Source of the DNA: Lama glama
Taxonomy: Eukaryota
Direction: 5' to 3'
Assembly (NCBI GenBank): GCA_028534125.1
Contig: CM052817.1
Location: forward strand, 73,100,001 to 73,164,000
DNA: 64,000 bases
Under the pieces are notes generated by a model. The model was not told the DNA's origin and searched no databases. It was given only the letters and a program-made list of their open reading frames with translations. Numbering within the stretch: position 1 is the first letter of the stretch; the number at the start of each line of letters is the position of its first letter. Positions 41,760 through 54,631 of the stretch are shown in pieces. The position numbers were made by a program, and so were the translations under genes.

Positions 41760-42450
41760 GGAGCATGAGGGTCTGCTAGATGAACCCTAGCATTATGTAG
41801 ACTTCCTCATTCAGTCACAGAAATTACTGGGCATGTTACTTAACCTGTATGAGTCTTGGGTTTTCCATCTGTAAAATGAACATAATAATAGAATCTGCCT
41901 TTTTATCTTGATAATCCAGACTCAAGATGTTGAAGATCTGGGATATTTATATCTCTATGAAGATTGCAAATTTGAGAGGTTGTTTGCAATCCTAGGCAAG
42001 GTTATAAATAAAAAGAAATAGGATTCTAGAAGTCAGAATGGGAGGAGTGATTCAATTTGATGATTAAAATATTGGCTTTACATACTTAATTACATGTAAA
42101 TTATAGTTTGCAAGAATTTCCGATAGGGAAATGCCTAATATACAAAGAGGAGACATTGACTCTCGAGGTTTTGGAAGTAATATGTTCTTAGAGTCAAAAT
42201 CTGTCAAGGACATATTACACAACATGGAGAATATGGCCAATATTTTGTAATAACTGTGAATGGAAAGTAACTTTTCAAAAATTGTATAAAAAATAAAAAA
42301 GTAAATAAAAAATTTTTAAATACTGGTTTTGACCCTAAAAATAAATAGAATCTGCCTCTTGGCATTGTTGTGAGGACTGAATGAATGATACATATAAAGC
42401 TCAGCACTGTGCCTGGCACCTAGTTTTGCCCAGTAAGTATTCGTACTTAC
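41760..42450 (+). mobile_element. MIR split by a ~440-bp composite insertion ending in an L1 3' end
   Basis: MIR halves rejoin at TSD aatagaatctgcct (41887-41900 and 42344-42357); L1-like 3' end at about 42205-42300. Confidence 0.75.
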
Positions 42451-42930
42451 GTGATGAAGAAAGCAGTGCTTGTACGGTAAGGTTGTGGTGGGAAAATGAG
42501 CGATGCTTCATATGTGGGCTAACATGCCCAGAAAACACTCTGCTTGATTTAGTTTAACAAATGTAGAAAGTACTACCAGTTAATAAACTCATTTATGCTA
42601 TCAGCTGCATGACTTTGAATGTCTTTAGTGTCACACCTTAAGAGACCAAAAGATGATGTTTTTTCCCATCAAAGTTTGCCTCATTTATCTTACTTTTCTT
42701 TATATTATACTTTCATTTCTTGTCTGTTTCTTTCTTTTCTTATTTTATTCATTAAATATGATCATATAAATCAAATCTAAAATATTACCTAAAATTGTGT
42801 ATTTCTTCTTAATTAAAATGTAGGCAATAAATGAAGTAGAGTGTTACAAATTGGTATGAAAAGCTCTTCTAGATGTTATGATGACTGAAAGAACCAAGTA
42901 GCAGAACAATGTCTAGCGTAGTATTATTAT

Positions 42931-42955
42931 GAGAGAGAGAGAGAAAGAGAGAGAG

Positions 42956-43010
<55 letters not shown>

Positions 43011-43270
43011 AAAGAAAGAAAAGAAAGAAAAGAAAAATGAAGGAAGGAAGGAAAAGAAAGAGAAAGAAAAGAAAAGAGAAAGAAAGAAAGAAAGAAAGAA
43101 AGAAAAAGAAAGAAAGAAAGAAAGAAAGAAAGAAGGAAAGAAAAGAAAGAAAGGAAGAAAGAAAGGAAGAAAGAAAAAAGAAAAGAAAAAGGAAGGAAGG
43201 AAGAGAAAGAAAAGAAGAAAAAGAAAGGAAAGAAAATGGGAGAAAAGGAGAAAGGAGAAGGCAAGACAAG
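42931..43270. repeat. (GA)n/(GAAA)n polypurine tract, about 340 bp
   Basis: Directly visible; source of the low-complexity ORFs in the track. Confidence 0.97.
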
Positions 43271-43538
43271 GAATCAATGTGTAAGTATACATAAAAGGGT
43301 GGAATTCTGGAAGGATCTCTGGAAACCATTATCAGGAAGAATGAGAATGAAATTAGTGGAAGGAGGGGATAAATAAAGTAAGTAGTTGGGAAACAAAGGG
43401 GCATTTTAAATTTTTGCTTGGTTTTTGAATTTTTTAATAACAGAAAATACGCATTTATCACTGGTATTATTTTAGAAATGTAATGAGGGAAATGTAATGA
43501 AAGAAATATTATTTTATTCCACAAATGAATTGGACTTT

Positions 43539-43604
43539 TTATTATTATTATTGTTACCATTATCATTATTATTATTGTTACCATTATCATTATTATTATT
43601 ATTA
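43539..43604. repeat. Imperfect (TAT)n microsatellite
   Basis: Directly visible. Confidence 0.9.
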
Positions 43605-43768
43605 CTGTGTTTTGGTTTAGCCTGATGTTTCTTCTAGCTCTAGGTTTGTTGTTGTACTTGTTTTGATAAAAAAAATACCTAGAAGACTAGCTTGGTCCCA
43701 AGACTGCCTTCTTTCCTGCCAAGTGCTCTTTCTGTGTGGCTCATGGTGTCCCATGGATGTTTCCTCAG

Positions 43769-43967
43769 GCGTCCCTGAAAGCCTCCATCCTCGCCCGGGA
43801 CTGTGCCACCGCCGCTGCCATCGTGTTCCTGAGTGACCGGTTCCTGTACGGGCTGGACGTGTCGGGCCCCCTCCTGCAGGTGGCCAAAGGGCTGCACAGG
43901 CTGCAGCCAGCCACGCCGATTGCCCCGCAGGTGGTTATTCGCCAAGCTCGAATCTCGATGCACTCAG
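43769..43967 (+). CDS. ALPK1: ALPK1 coding exon 3 (exon 5), aa 93-159
   Basis: tttcctcag acceptor; [66 protein letters not shown]; donor CAG/gtaggc. Confidence 0.97.
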
Positions 43968-44095
43968 GTAGGCTCGCCTGGGATCGAGCCGTCTGGGCTC
44001 GCCTTCCCTCCGGGCTCCTTGACTTCCGTGAGGGGCGACGGGCGACGGGCGCAGGGGCCCGTGGGCCATCTTTTGCAGCCGCCGCCGTGCCCTTC
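43769..44095. promoter_or_regulatory. Small intragenic CpG island over exon 5 and the adjacent intron
   Basis: About 31 CpGs counted by eye in about 325 bp, in an otherwise CpG-depleted window. Confidence 0.75.
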
Positions 44096-45989
44096 CACCC
44101 ACCTCCTGCCAGCACAAAGGCCCTGGCATAAAGGGTTTCAGAGCCAAAAGCAATAGAGAAAATTGTGAAAGGGGGTGGAAAATACTAATTGGAGCTTTTG
44201 TCGTCTAACAAATCTGTCCTGCTGCTTTCAAACAGGGATATCTGAATTGCTATACTTCTGACCAAGAGCCTTTAAAAAGCAGATTAGAATTCTACTATTT
44301 TCTCTTAGCTCTCCTGTCTCCTTTCTGTAGGGCCACTTGACTACGCCAACAATAGAGCTGACAAACCCACTGAAGTAATTTGAGGGTTTTTTCCATCCCT
44401 AGGAGCACCGGTGCAGTACCTGATTAGGCCTTAAAGTATCTTTTTTTTTTCCTTCTGTCACTTTGAATGAAATGAAAAATGAGGCCAACATACTAACTTA
44501 GACTGTAATGTACAGGGGGGTTGGAGGGTAGAGGGGCCTGCTACGTGTTACTGAGTTCATTTCCACAGAATTCTGGAATTATTTAAATTACTGATAACCG
44601 CTGGGTTTCGAAACCTGTAGTTTGCTGTTCTCGCTTCCAAGGGTGAAAGAATAAAGGAGGTAAACAGAAGGCAAGTTGCCCCTCCCAGAAACAGGACTGG
44701 CTCATTTTTTAAACTAGGTTTAGCTATTGCTATTGTTTTAGTAACTCTGGTCTGAAAGAGGTTAAAGTATCTTTTAACTGCTTCATTTCCTTTGAGAATG
44801 AACTGTACTAACTATACTAAATGGGACAGTTACTGAATACAGAGAGAGACAGAGATAGAAGTACATGAGAGAAATGGGCTTGTGTAGGTTAACTGTCTAA
44901 AAGCCCAAGTTCATTCACTTTCAGGTTCTCACAGCTGTGCATAAATTGTGCCCGTGTCTTATTATTTACTTTTCTAGAGTAACTGCATCAATAGACTTGA
45001 ACTTAGGGAAAAATCCCTACTTCAAATGTCCATACTTTGGGACCCTTTATGATGTTCAGAGTTTGTACTGTTTAGGATATGAGAGAAAGCTAGCCACAGA
45101 TATTCCTTCTGATGGAATCAGATGGCAGTGATACGTGAGCAGAGCTTCTGTGGGAGGAACCCAGTGAGGAAGGCTGGGCGTGCGCAGGCAGAGTTCTGAT
45201 GTTGGTTCTCATCAGGTAGAACTTGGAACAGAGTTAATGAAGCATGTTTTATGATATACAGATTTGCTCTGGTGACATGGGAATTGAGGACATGCAGTAA
45301 GCAGACATGTTGATAGCTTTGCTTTATATAGCCAAGTAATCTTTTACTTATTTGCTTGGTTGGCTCTCTCATTCATGCCTCTAACCAAGGTGATATAGAG
45401 ATTTTCTTCTGCTGACAAGTAAGCCTTGGTACCATCATGAGCAGTACGCTCCTCTGCCCACACAGCACAAGTCTAAGATAAAAGTCCTGGTCTTATTCTT
45501 CAACAGTTGGGGTTGTCTTTTCCTCAAAGACACTGGCAGAAATGCCACAAGGAAACAAACACAGCCTCAGAGTGAGGTTCTTAACTTGTTAACTTCTGCC
45601 CTCAAACATTGCTTGAGCCTCTACCTACACTGGGTTTCTCAGAGAGAAAGGGGAGCTTAGAACAAGGGTGGTATCCTGGGAAGAGAAGAAGGTACAGTGC
45701 AAAGGGGTCTCAGTCCCCAGTGTGTGGGAATCCTGGGCTGGAGAAATGAGAGGTGTGTATGATACGACAAGGGGGTAAGGATAAAGAGTAAAGATGATAT
45801 GAGGGGACGGCACAGTCTTTCTGTTCTCCCCTTTGACCCAGCCCTTCCTGGTATCCAACCAAAACCCATCCCAAAGGTCCAAACATTCAACATTGTGGGA
45901 TTTCAGAAGCAAGAGAGGACACCCTGGGCCTGCCCGGGTAACTCTTGAAATGAGGAGACAAAACCTTTTAAGACAGTTAGATACAAAGA

Positions 45990-48010
45990 TTTAGACTTCT
46001 AGTTCCATCATCATGGAGGACTGAGCAGATGCACAATCTTCTCCCATTGTATACATATGATAACTTTTTTTTAAAAATGTTAAGTGCCTGAAACACAGAA
46101 GATGTTCAAAGTCAAAACAGGAGACTACTGCTCTGGACACTAGAGCCAGAAGGGTTTACACTTGGATATAGTCTTAGGGGAAGGGACTGCTGTCTTAATT
46201 CCTGGGCAAGAACAAGAGGCAGGTCCGTGGGCCTACTTGGAGTGTAATATCTGCATAAAGCTGGCGTTCTTAAAGGTTTGCACAGCTATGAAATGGGACT
46301 GAACCAACCCGCCCAGAGAGGAGGTGAGGAGGCTTGCTCTCTGCCCAAGCTCTAGAGCAGAGGCCAAAAAAAAAAAAAAAAACCCAAAGAAATACAAACC
46401 CAAGTCTGTGCCAGATGTGTATGTGGAGTCTGAATTTGCCCCCAAGAGAGAGAATCCCCCACCAAATAATTAAGAAAAAGCTAGTTCAGGAATGAAATTC
46501 CAGGGCCTAGCAGAAGATCAAGTACAAAATTATGTGCTAGAGAAACATCCACACTCCAGAAGCACAGGAATCTCACAGGAGAATGATCTTCACTGAAGAT
46601 GCCCTTAGATTAAAATGTACAAGCAATGAAAGGAAATGAAACTTGTGAGAGAAGAACAGAATCTACAACAAACAAGGAAAATGGCTCCAAAACAGAAATG
46701 GATATATAAACTCGAACAACCTGAACAACTCGTGGTTTTAAAAATACTATGTTTAAAGAGTAGAACACAACAGAAAAAGAACTAAATAGAACTTTAAGAA
46801 ATTAAAAAATACAGCAATTGAAATTAAAAATCAATATTGTTGTTCTATATGAGATGATGGAAGTTCACTAAACTTATTGTGGTAATCATGTTGTGATGTA
46901 TGTAAGTCGAATCATTACACTGTACACCTTAAACGTACACACTACTGTGTGTCAATTCTGTCTCTATAAAACTGGAGGGGGAAAAAAGCAACTGAGGTCC
47001 AAACAAAAAATTTTTAGTTTTATTTTTAATTAAAACAATTACTTAGTTTTAAAAAATCAAGGTAGTTGTCATAAAGTTATGGAGAATTGCCCACAAAGTA
47101 GGCAAGGCATCCAGTTCCTCTGTCTGCAGATACAAGATACAAGCATGTAATCAAATCATGATGGCTTCAGAGAGCCCAAAACCCAGCAGTTCTTCCAGGG
47201 CAGGGCAGATTGGAATTGGAGAAAAACACAAGTCTTTGCCTTGAAGAAGTAGACAGAAATAAAAAAAAAATTTTAGTCACCTAGACACAGTATGGTGAAA
47301 CTACAAGAAATCAAGCAATGAGAAAATATTGAAAGAAAAAGAGAGAAAAGACAGATTATGTACATGGGAACTATATTAAGACTGACAAAAGGCATCTTCT
47401 CAGAAACAACAGAGTTTAAAAAACAATGGAATCTATCAAAAACTTGAGAGAAAATAGCTTTCAACCTAGAATTTCATACCCAGCAAAAAATCATCAAAAT
47501 TAAGGATAAAATAGCCATTTCAGGCAAAGACTAAAAATGTTTCTTACTCTCAAGACACCTCTTTCTCTTGCTCACACATGCAGAATACTCACACACACAG
47601 ACACACACATAAACACACACTAAAGGATGTATTTTGCTAAGGAGGAAGTTGAACCTGTAAAGATTGAGTGGGAGGATTCAAAAAGCAATGGTGAGCAAAG
47701 AATTTAATACATGCACAGTTAATCCAAATAAGATCAAAAGAAAATTATATGGAAATAACACATAATTTATAAGATGCAAAAATCTTAAAATACTATTAAA
47801 CTGACCAGCATTGTAACAAATTAATACTAATACATTACATCAAGGAAGGTTTATTCCAGATAGATGAGGATGGTTAAATATTTTTAAATCAATTCATTCA
47901 ACTTACCTCATGGACAGAATAAATAAGAAAAACTATGTGTTCACCTAAATTGATCTAAGAACTATTTTAGAAAATTTTTTACCCATTTAGGTTAAAAATG
48001 CAAACTGGAG
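45990..48010 (+). mobile_element. Old L1M/HAL1 5'-ORF1 remnants with a nested L1MA-type 3' end (about 46838-47010)
   Basis: ORF1 C-terminal motif tcaacctagaatttcatacccagcaaaa; nested ctgtacaccttaaac...tgtcaattctgtctctataaaactgg. Confidence 0.7.
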
Positions 48011-48018
48011 TTAAAGAT

Positions 48019-48730
48019 GTTATCAGTCAGGTTCCAATCAGGAGGCAGAAACTTCATGGTAATTTGAACAAGGAAAGTTTAACATAAAGAATTATTGACT
48101 GTATAAGGGGATTAGAGTCATGAGGGATTGGCTAGTAGAAAGTAAAGAGACTTCTAAAGAAAAACTCTGACGAATTCAGGTGTTAGTTATGAGGAGCAGC
48201 CACTATCCCTTAGACTGAGCTAGGACTCCTAAGAAAGAGCTCCCCAACCCCAAACCCCAGCTCACCAAGACTGAGATCCAGACCTGTCACAGGAGGCGCA
48301 GCCGGGCTCACTGGGTGGCGGAGAAGTCAAGGAGATTCCGTGCCACCAGAACTCACTGGGAAGACCACCCTCTTGTGCGTTGGGGGAAGCTATTCCCTGA
48401 AGGGTGACTTGGAACTCACCACAAAGCTGCCTGTATGGACTTCCAGGGGGAACAGTCATGGGGAGATGCCTCACTGGCAGCACTGCACTGTGAATCATCG
48501 AGGATGCTAAAGGAAGCTGCTGACCACTGGGTGCTGCTCACTTCTGCCCAGTGAGGAGCCCAGTGGACAAGCCACCTCTGTTTCAGTTGTCGGGTACAGG
48601 AGAAGCTAGGAGCGCACAGCAGGCAGCATTGGAGAAGCTGTGTGTCCTGCGGAAGCTTGGCAAGAGGAGCACACCAAATCAGAGAGAGAAGCAGCTTCCC
48701 CAGGCAGTATCCCTCTAACCCTTTACTTTA
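48019..48730. mobile_element. ERVL-type LTR (LTR41/LTR52-like)
   Basis: tcagtcaggttccaatcaggaggcagaaac...gaaagtttaacataaagaattattg start; family uncertain. Confidence 0.55.
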
Positions 48731-50335
48731 TAGCCTTTAAATACATTAAATTAGACAAAAGCCATGCCTGCAATTATCTGTGAGCTCTGCTTGGGGCTGC
48801 TAATCAAGGTGTTATGGAGTGGTACCCTTAAGATTCTTAGAAGCTCTCATGCATGGTCAAGAGGGTCTGAGGTCTTAACAAGGGGTTTTACAGACACACC
48901 TTTGATTTGATCTTGGCCACATTTTACTGCCAGTGCTCTGGATTTGATCTTTACCCCCAGGTTTTAATTTATTTTGAGAATGTCTTGCTGGCTGGAAAGG
49001 CTATTCTGGGCCTTCTATATTTCTTCTAAACCCTGCATGAAAACAAAATAGTTCCTTCTTTAGTTTGTTTCTTTCTTCCCACACTGTATCCTAGGCAGCT
49101 AAGAGATGTCCATTTGGTACTTTCGGCCTTCTTACTGGATATCTCCCTTGCTAGATACACGAACTCATTAGTTATACTTTTTATTTTCCACTTTGCTGCT
49201 GAAGACTATGCTGCCACCAGTAGTGGATGGTAGTTTCCACCACTATATAATGTGTGTTCCTTTTTCTCGAACTTTTCAGCAAACAGTTTTCTTCACTGCG
49301 TTTTCAGTCTCCTCAACATCTTTCAAGCCTCTTCCTGACACTGGGTTCCTAAGCCAGTGCCGTATGTTCTAAGTTTTTGTGACATTCGCATCCCACTGTC
49401 AGGTGCCCAGTTTCTGTCGTGTATTTTGATGTTGCAAAAGCCAACCCACAACTTACTGGCTTAAAACACTAATAATTTATTGTTTCCCCTATTTTTTTAG
49501 TTTGACTGGGTGCAAGTAGTGCTGACTGGGAAGCTGTGACAGCTAGAAGGTCCAAAATGGTCTCATTCACACAGCGAGCATTCAATACTGGCTGCCAGCC
49601 AGGAGCTCAGCGGGGGCTGTCAGGCAAGGGCCCCGTTCTCCTCTGTGTGGGCCTCTCCATGCAGTGGCTGCAGCTTCCTCACAGCATTGGGGGTAGGTTC
49701 CAAGAGGGAAAAGCAGAAGTTACAGATCTCTTAATGCCCAGACTAGAAAGGTGCACAGGGTCACATCTGCCACATTCCATTGGTCACAACGGTCACAAGT
49801 CCAGTTTAGACTCAAGGAGAAGGAAAATAAACTCTATATTCCACTTTTTTTTTTATTATTGAAGTATAGTTGATTTACAATGTTGTGTTCGTTTCTGGTG
49901 TACAGCATAGTGATTCAGTTACATATGTATGTATGTGTGTGTGTGTATATTCTTTTTCATTATAGGTTATTACAACCTATTGAATATAGTTCCCTGTGCT
50001 ATACAGTGCGACCTTGTTGTTAAATAGTGCCATTTGCAGCAACGTGGATGGAGCTAGAGATTATCATACTAAGTGAAGTCAGAGAAAGACAACTCTCATG
50101 TGATATCACTTATATTTGACATCTTACAAAAAAAAGACACAAATGAACTTATTTATGAAACAAACAGACTCATAGACATAGAAAAGTAACTGATGATACC
50201 AGCGGGGAAGGAAGAGGGAGGGATACATTAGGAGTTTAGATGCCATTTCTTGATGGAGGAGTGGCATGGCTACATTGCAAAAGAGCATTTGGAATGGAAG
50301 ACACTGTCGTGACCTCCTTTGGAAGCACAATCACC
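48730..50335 (-). mobile_element. MaLR internal remnant plus MLT1 LTR, interrupted by an L1
   Basis: acttactggcttaaaacac...ctgccacattccattggtcaca...gactcaaggag, continuing after the L1 as cttgatggaggagtggca. Confidence 0.65.
49845..50237 (-). mobile_element. 5'-inverted (twin-primed) L1 insertion
   Basis: Antisense poly-A end at 49845-50021 is joined to a sense copy of the upstream L1 segment at 50022-50237. Confidence 0.85.
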
Positions 50336-51159
50336 ACAGTCAGGTGTATGTCATGTGTGCACTTTGAAATAGGGTGGTCAGGGAAGGCCTTATGGGACAG
50401 TGAAGTGACATTTGAGCAAAGACCTGAAGGAGAAGGGAGCAAGCCTTGTGGATACCTGGGATAAACGTATCCCACACTAAAATAATTGTAAGTACAGAGA
50501 TGAGCCCAGTAGGTTCAAGGGATAGCCAGGAGGCCAGTAAAACCAGAGCAGAAGGAGTGAAAGTGAGGGAAAGAATGCTAGAGATGAGGTCAAAGGAGTC
50601 TCAGGGGCCAGGTCATGTAGGGCTTAGAGACACCCAGAAGAAGAATTAGAAGAAAGGATGAGTGATTGAATTTTCTGCTTATGGGAAAATAGCTGTCCAG
50701 AGATTAGGCTACTTCCATGTGGTGAAATAAGTGAAATGTTTAGGAAGAAAACCTCTCTACCCCCCCCCAAAAAAAACAACTTTTCCTGATAATTCCATAA
50801 ATAGTCTTCACAGCAGCTCTACTCCACCTCTCCAGGTGTGGCTTTCACAGAGGGCAGACACAGCCTTTGACAGAGGTTCATTTTAACTTCTTAAGCCTCT
50901 CTCTCTATGAATGAATTGTTCATTCATATGAATGCATGTGTATAATTGCAATTTCAGGTACTGTAGAACTTCCCACCTTACCAATTCCTGAAAATGTCAT
51001 CTGTCTTTCCACTTTGTATATGATGTGGTCATTGATTTTAAATTTTAAAATAGAAGGTTTCCAAGAGAGGTTATGGCCCCTGTTATAATGTGTTAACCTT
51101 AGAGCATTTAAAGAACATGTTTGGAACTAATTGTGCGGCATTTGGTTGCTTCTTTTCAG

Positions 51160-51219
51160 GGAAACTTTTAAAAGCAGAGTATATCCTGAGCAGTCTGATA
51201 AGCAACAATGGAGCGACAG
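51160..51219 (+). CDS. ALPK1: ALPK1 coding exon 4 (exon 6), aa 159-179
   Basis: tcttttcag acceptor; (G)KLLKAEYILSSLISNNGAT; donor CAG/gtaagg. Confidence 0.97.
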
Positions 51220-52701
51220 GTAAGGTGCTTCCATGTTTTCACAATGACCTTCACCCTCAGGCCCCCACCAGAGTTCTCATTTAAAAATGGCTTGATGACC
51301 TGATAGTTACTGTACGCTGGGCATTCCCAGAACCACCTGGCCCTGGCTTTGCCACTGATAAATGAAGTGGCTTTGGTCAAGCAGCTTACTTCTCTATGTT
51401 TGCATTTTCTCTATTTAAAAACAAAAACAAAACAATCCAACCAAGTCTTCTAATGTTTCCATGCGTTCCTGGAGAGTGTGTTACCTAATCAGCGTTAGCT
51501 GTGAAAGTAGGAAACTCCCTGGGCCTCAGAAAGAACTCAGCCTCAGCTTTTAAAAGAATTGTGAATAGAAATTAAGCCTGTAAGTTCAGAAGAACACACT
51601 TACTGCTTTCTGAATTTAAATGGTTTGGGGAATACATTTTATTTTGCTACAGAAGAACTTTAATAAAAACTTATTTTAAAACAGATTTATTTCGATACTG
51701 AATCATGCATGAAAGGAAGTTCTAAGAGTTGGGTAACAAATAGTTTAAGCCTTCAGATATCTTGCCTGAATTTCTAGGCACTTAAGTCAGCAAGTTTCCC
51801 AATAAGTTGAACACAATTCCCAGTAGACCTTTAAGTGCAGTATGCATGGATATAAGGTCCCAAGCTCCTGGAAACTTGTAGACATTTCCAGTGGGGAGGC
51901 AGTTTGGAATATGGATATTGACCACACACCTCTCATCTGTGGCCACCATCACTAACCTACAGTATGCACACTTCCCAGCTTCTACACCCTACACACACAC
52001 ACACACACAGATTAAAAGTTAGGGAGGAAAAAGGAAGATGATATGACAGAGAATCGTGGGAGGGTGTAATAATGAGTCTGACTCTATCTTTGATGTTTAG
52101 CCGCTGACAGCTGTCAGGCCCCAGCTGCTTCCTCCTTTGTCCCACATCTGAACAGGCTGGGTATTTTTTAAGCCCCTGCCCAGCTTGTGGGAACCTTTAC
52201 CCCAGCCCCACACCCAAATCAAAATAAAAACTAAAGCTACTAACCACTGCCTTTGCTCAAGTCCAATGGACCAGCTTGTGTGCCCTCCCTGCCCTCCTCA
52301 TATAAGTCTTGTTATATGAGCACCCTCTTAGTGCACATTAGAGTCATCTGTTTCAACATCCAAACCAATTTTGGGTGGATGGGGTGGATCCCGCCCTCCA
52401 TGAGGTAACCACAAGACAGTGGGGGTAACACTGTAGTTAGTTAACCTAGGAAAGCCTTGGAGGCATAGAATTGAGGGTGAGCCCTGAAATAGGAGCCAGA
52501 GGTAGATGGATCCCAGACAGAAGGAATGGCAAGTGCAGATACCACGAAGCAAGGGACGCCTGCTCTTATAAGGAACACAAATGAAGCTGCGTGGCAGAGC
52601 CCAGTTGGTAAGGGGAAGAGGTGGCGACGAGGCAGGAGTCAGTTCTGTGAAGCCTTGTGGTTTGCAGCAAGGAGTTTGAACCTTACTTGAAATGCAGGTA
52701 A

Positions 52702-52971
<270 letters not shown>

Positions 52972-53674
52972 TGAGGTTTTACTGTGAACTTTTCTCAGTG
53001 TATCCGGTGGAAATTGTTCAGCATCACCTCCCATAGTTTCCTCATTGAAAGGGGAATGACATTTAAGGTGCCAGGAGCATTATGAACATTAACAAAACAA
53101 AATATTTTTCTGTTGAGCTTTGTTAAGGAGATTTACAGTTGTGTATCATGACCGTTAACCACCGGGTTCTCGGTATTACTTCTGGCATCTGGCTCTCTGT
53201 TCAGCAGGACTCCGTGTGAGATAGTGACACCTTATTCTAAACCCACCCTGACACGTACCCATTCATTGCTCGGAAGGTATTCCTGAGTTTTACAAGCAAA
53301 GGTTATAGGACCCTAACCCTAACTATACTTTAAAATGCAAACTAATGTCTTTGAATTTTTTTAACAGAGAATAGTTTTCTTGTAAATAATGAAGATAACT
53401 ATTTGTATATTAATATATCATATATGTACACATGTAATATATAATAATTCTTACTGTTTCCCTGTGAAAGGGAAAAAATCATCTGTATCAAACCAGTTAG
53501 AAAAACAGATTGCTGTTTTCCCAGCAGATTGCTATCTGTTGATTACTCTCAACTAACTCAGTTGTAAATTTTCTTAAGATCCAACAATCTTCTTTCTGTC
53601 TTGGTTTTTAAAGGTATTTTCTAACACAAGGGCACAGGTACCAGCAGTCTGTCCCGTCTCCCTCTTTTTTGCAG

Positions 53675-53751
53675 GGATGTGGTACGAAGCAGCAGAGCTA
53701 ATATGGGCCTCGATCATAGGATATTTGACTCTTCCTCAGCCAGATAAAAAG
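53675..53751 (+). CDS. ALPK1: ALPK1 coding exon 6 (exon 8), aa 208-233
   Basis: ttttttgcag acceptor; (G)MWYEAAELIWASIIGYLTLPQPDKK; donor AAG/gtggtt. Confidence 0.96.
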
Positions 53752-54631
53752 GTGGTTTGTCTAGTGCTCATTTTCTCATTTCCTATATTTGTCTTTGGAA
53801 GATTATCTCCTTATGACACCATTCAGTTTAACATTTGTCAATTTTATTGGTCCTATTTTTATTGGTTCTACATAAGCATTGGACCAGACACGTTTGGTAA
53901 CTTCCTCTGAGTCTTGCTGTGTCCTCCCTCACAGCTAGACTCCTGGCATATATTTATTGTTTCTGTATTTATTTGTCGCTAACTACATATTTATTTCTAT
54001 TGATCTATTTATTTCTACTGATATCTATTTTATTATATATTTAGCCTTTACCTGGTTCCGTAGCAAAGTTGAGATGGCCAAGTTGCTAATATGTAAAATC
54101 GTTTTCCTTCAGTTGAGTGAGAAAAGATTTCTATTAACTATTTATGTCATAACCCTTATTCAAGAAACTGGGAAGCAACATTTGCTTTCTTACTTGATGT
54201 GTTAATTCTCTGTAATTCTGTGAGAACATTCTCATTACCTGAAGCATTGGGTTACACATTTCCCTGAGCTGTGTCAACAGCGCTGCTGCCTATGATCCTT
54301 TTAACAACACACATGGAATGGGGTGTGGGGACTCTGCTTGGGCCGATTCTTTATGCCTAAAGCAGTATGGACAAGTTAGTGTTGATAACCCAGCAAAGCC
54401 CACCTAAGAAATAGCTGAGTTCACATTATGCCCTTGTCCTCAGGATGTGATGACCTTCCAAGCCCAGTGGCATCCAGCTGAGAGGTATCTGCAGTGTCAT
54501 AATAACAATAACAATAATAATAAGCAGTGGTTCATATGGGGTGGGGGTAGCTAATCTTTGACTCTAGGCCCTGAGATGAGAGCAACAATTGTGAATTCCT
54601 AATCTGTGTTTTGTATGTATTTTCCTTACAG

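Noticed and set aside
42869..43590. Long ORFs of 121-225 aa rich in F/L/S or K/E/R
   Set aside because: Translations of the (GAAA)n and (TAT)n microsatellites; not genes.
53311..53323. Telomere-like ccctaaccctaac
   Set aside because: Only two units; not an interstitial telomeric array.
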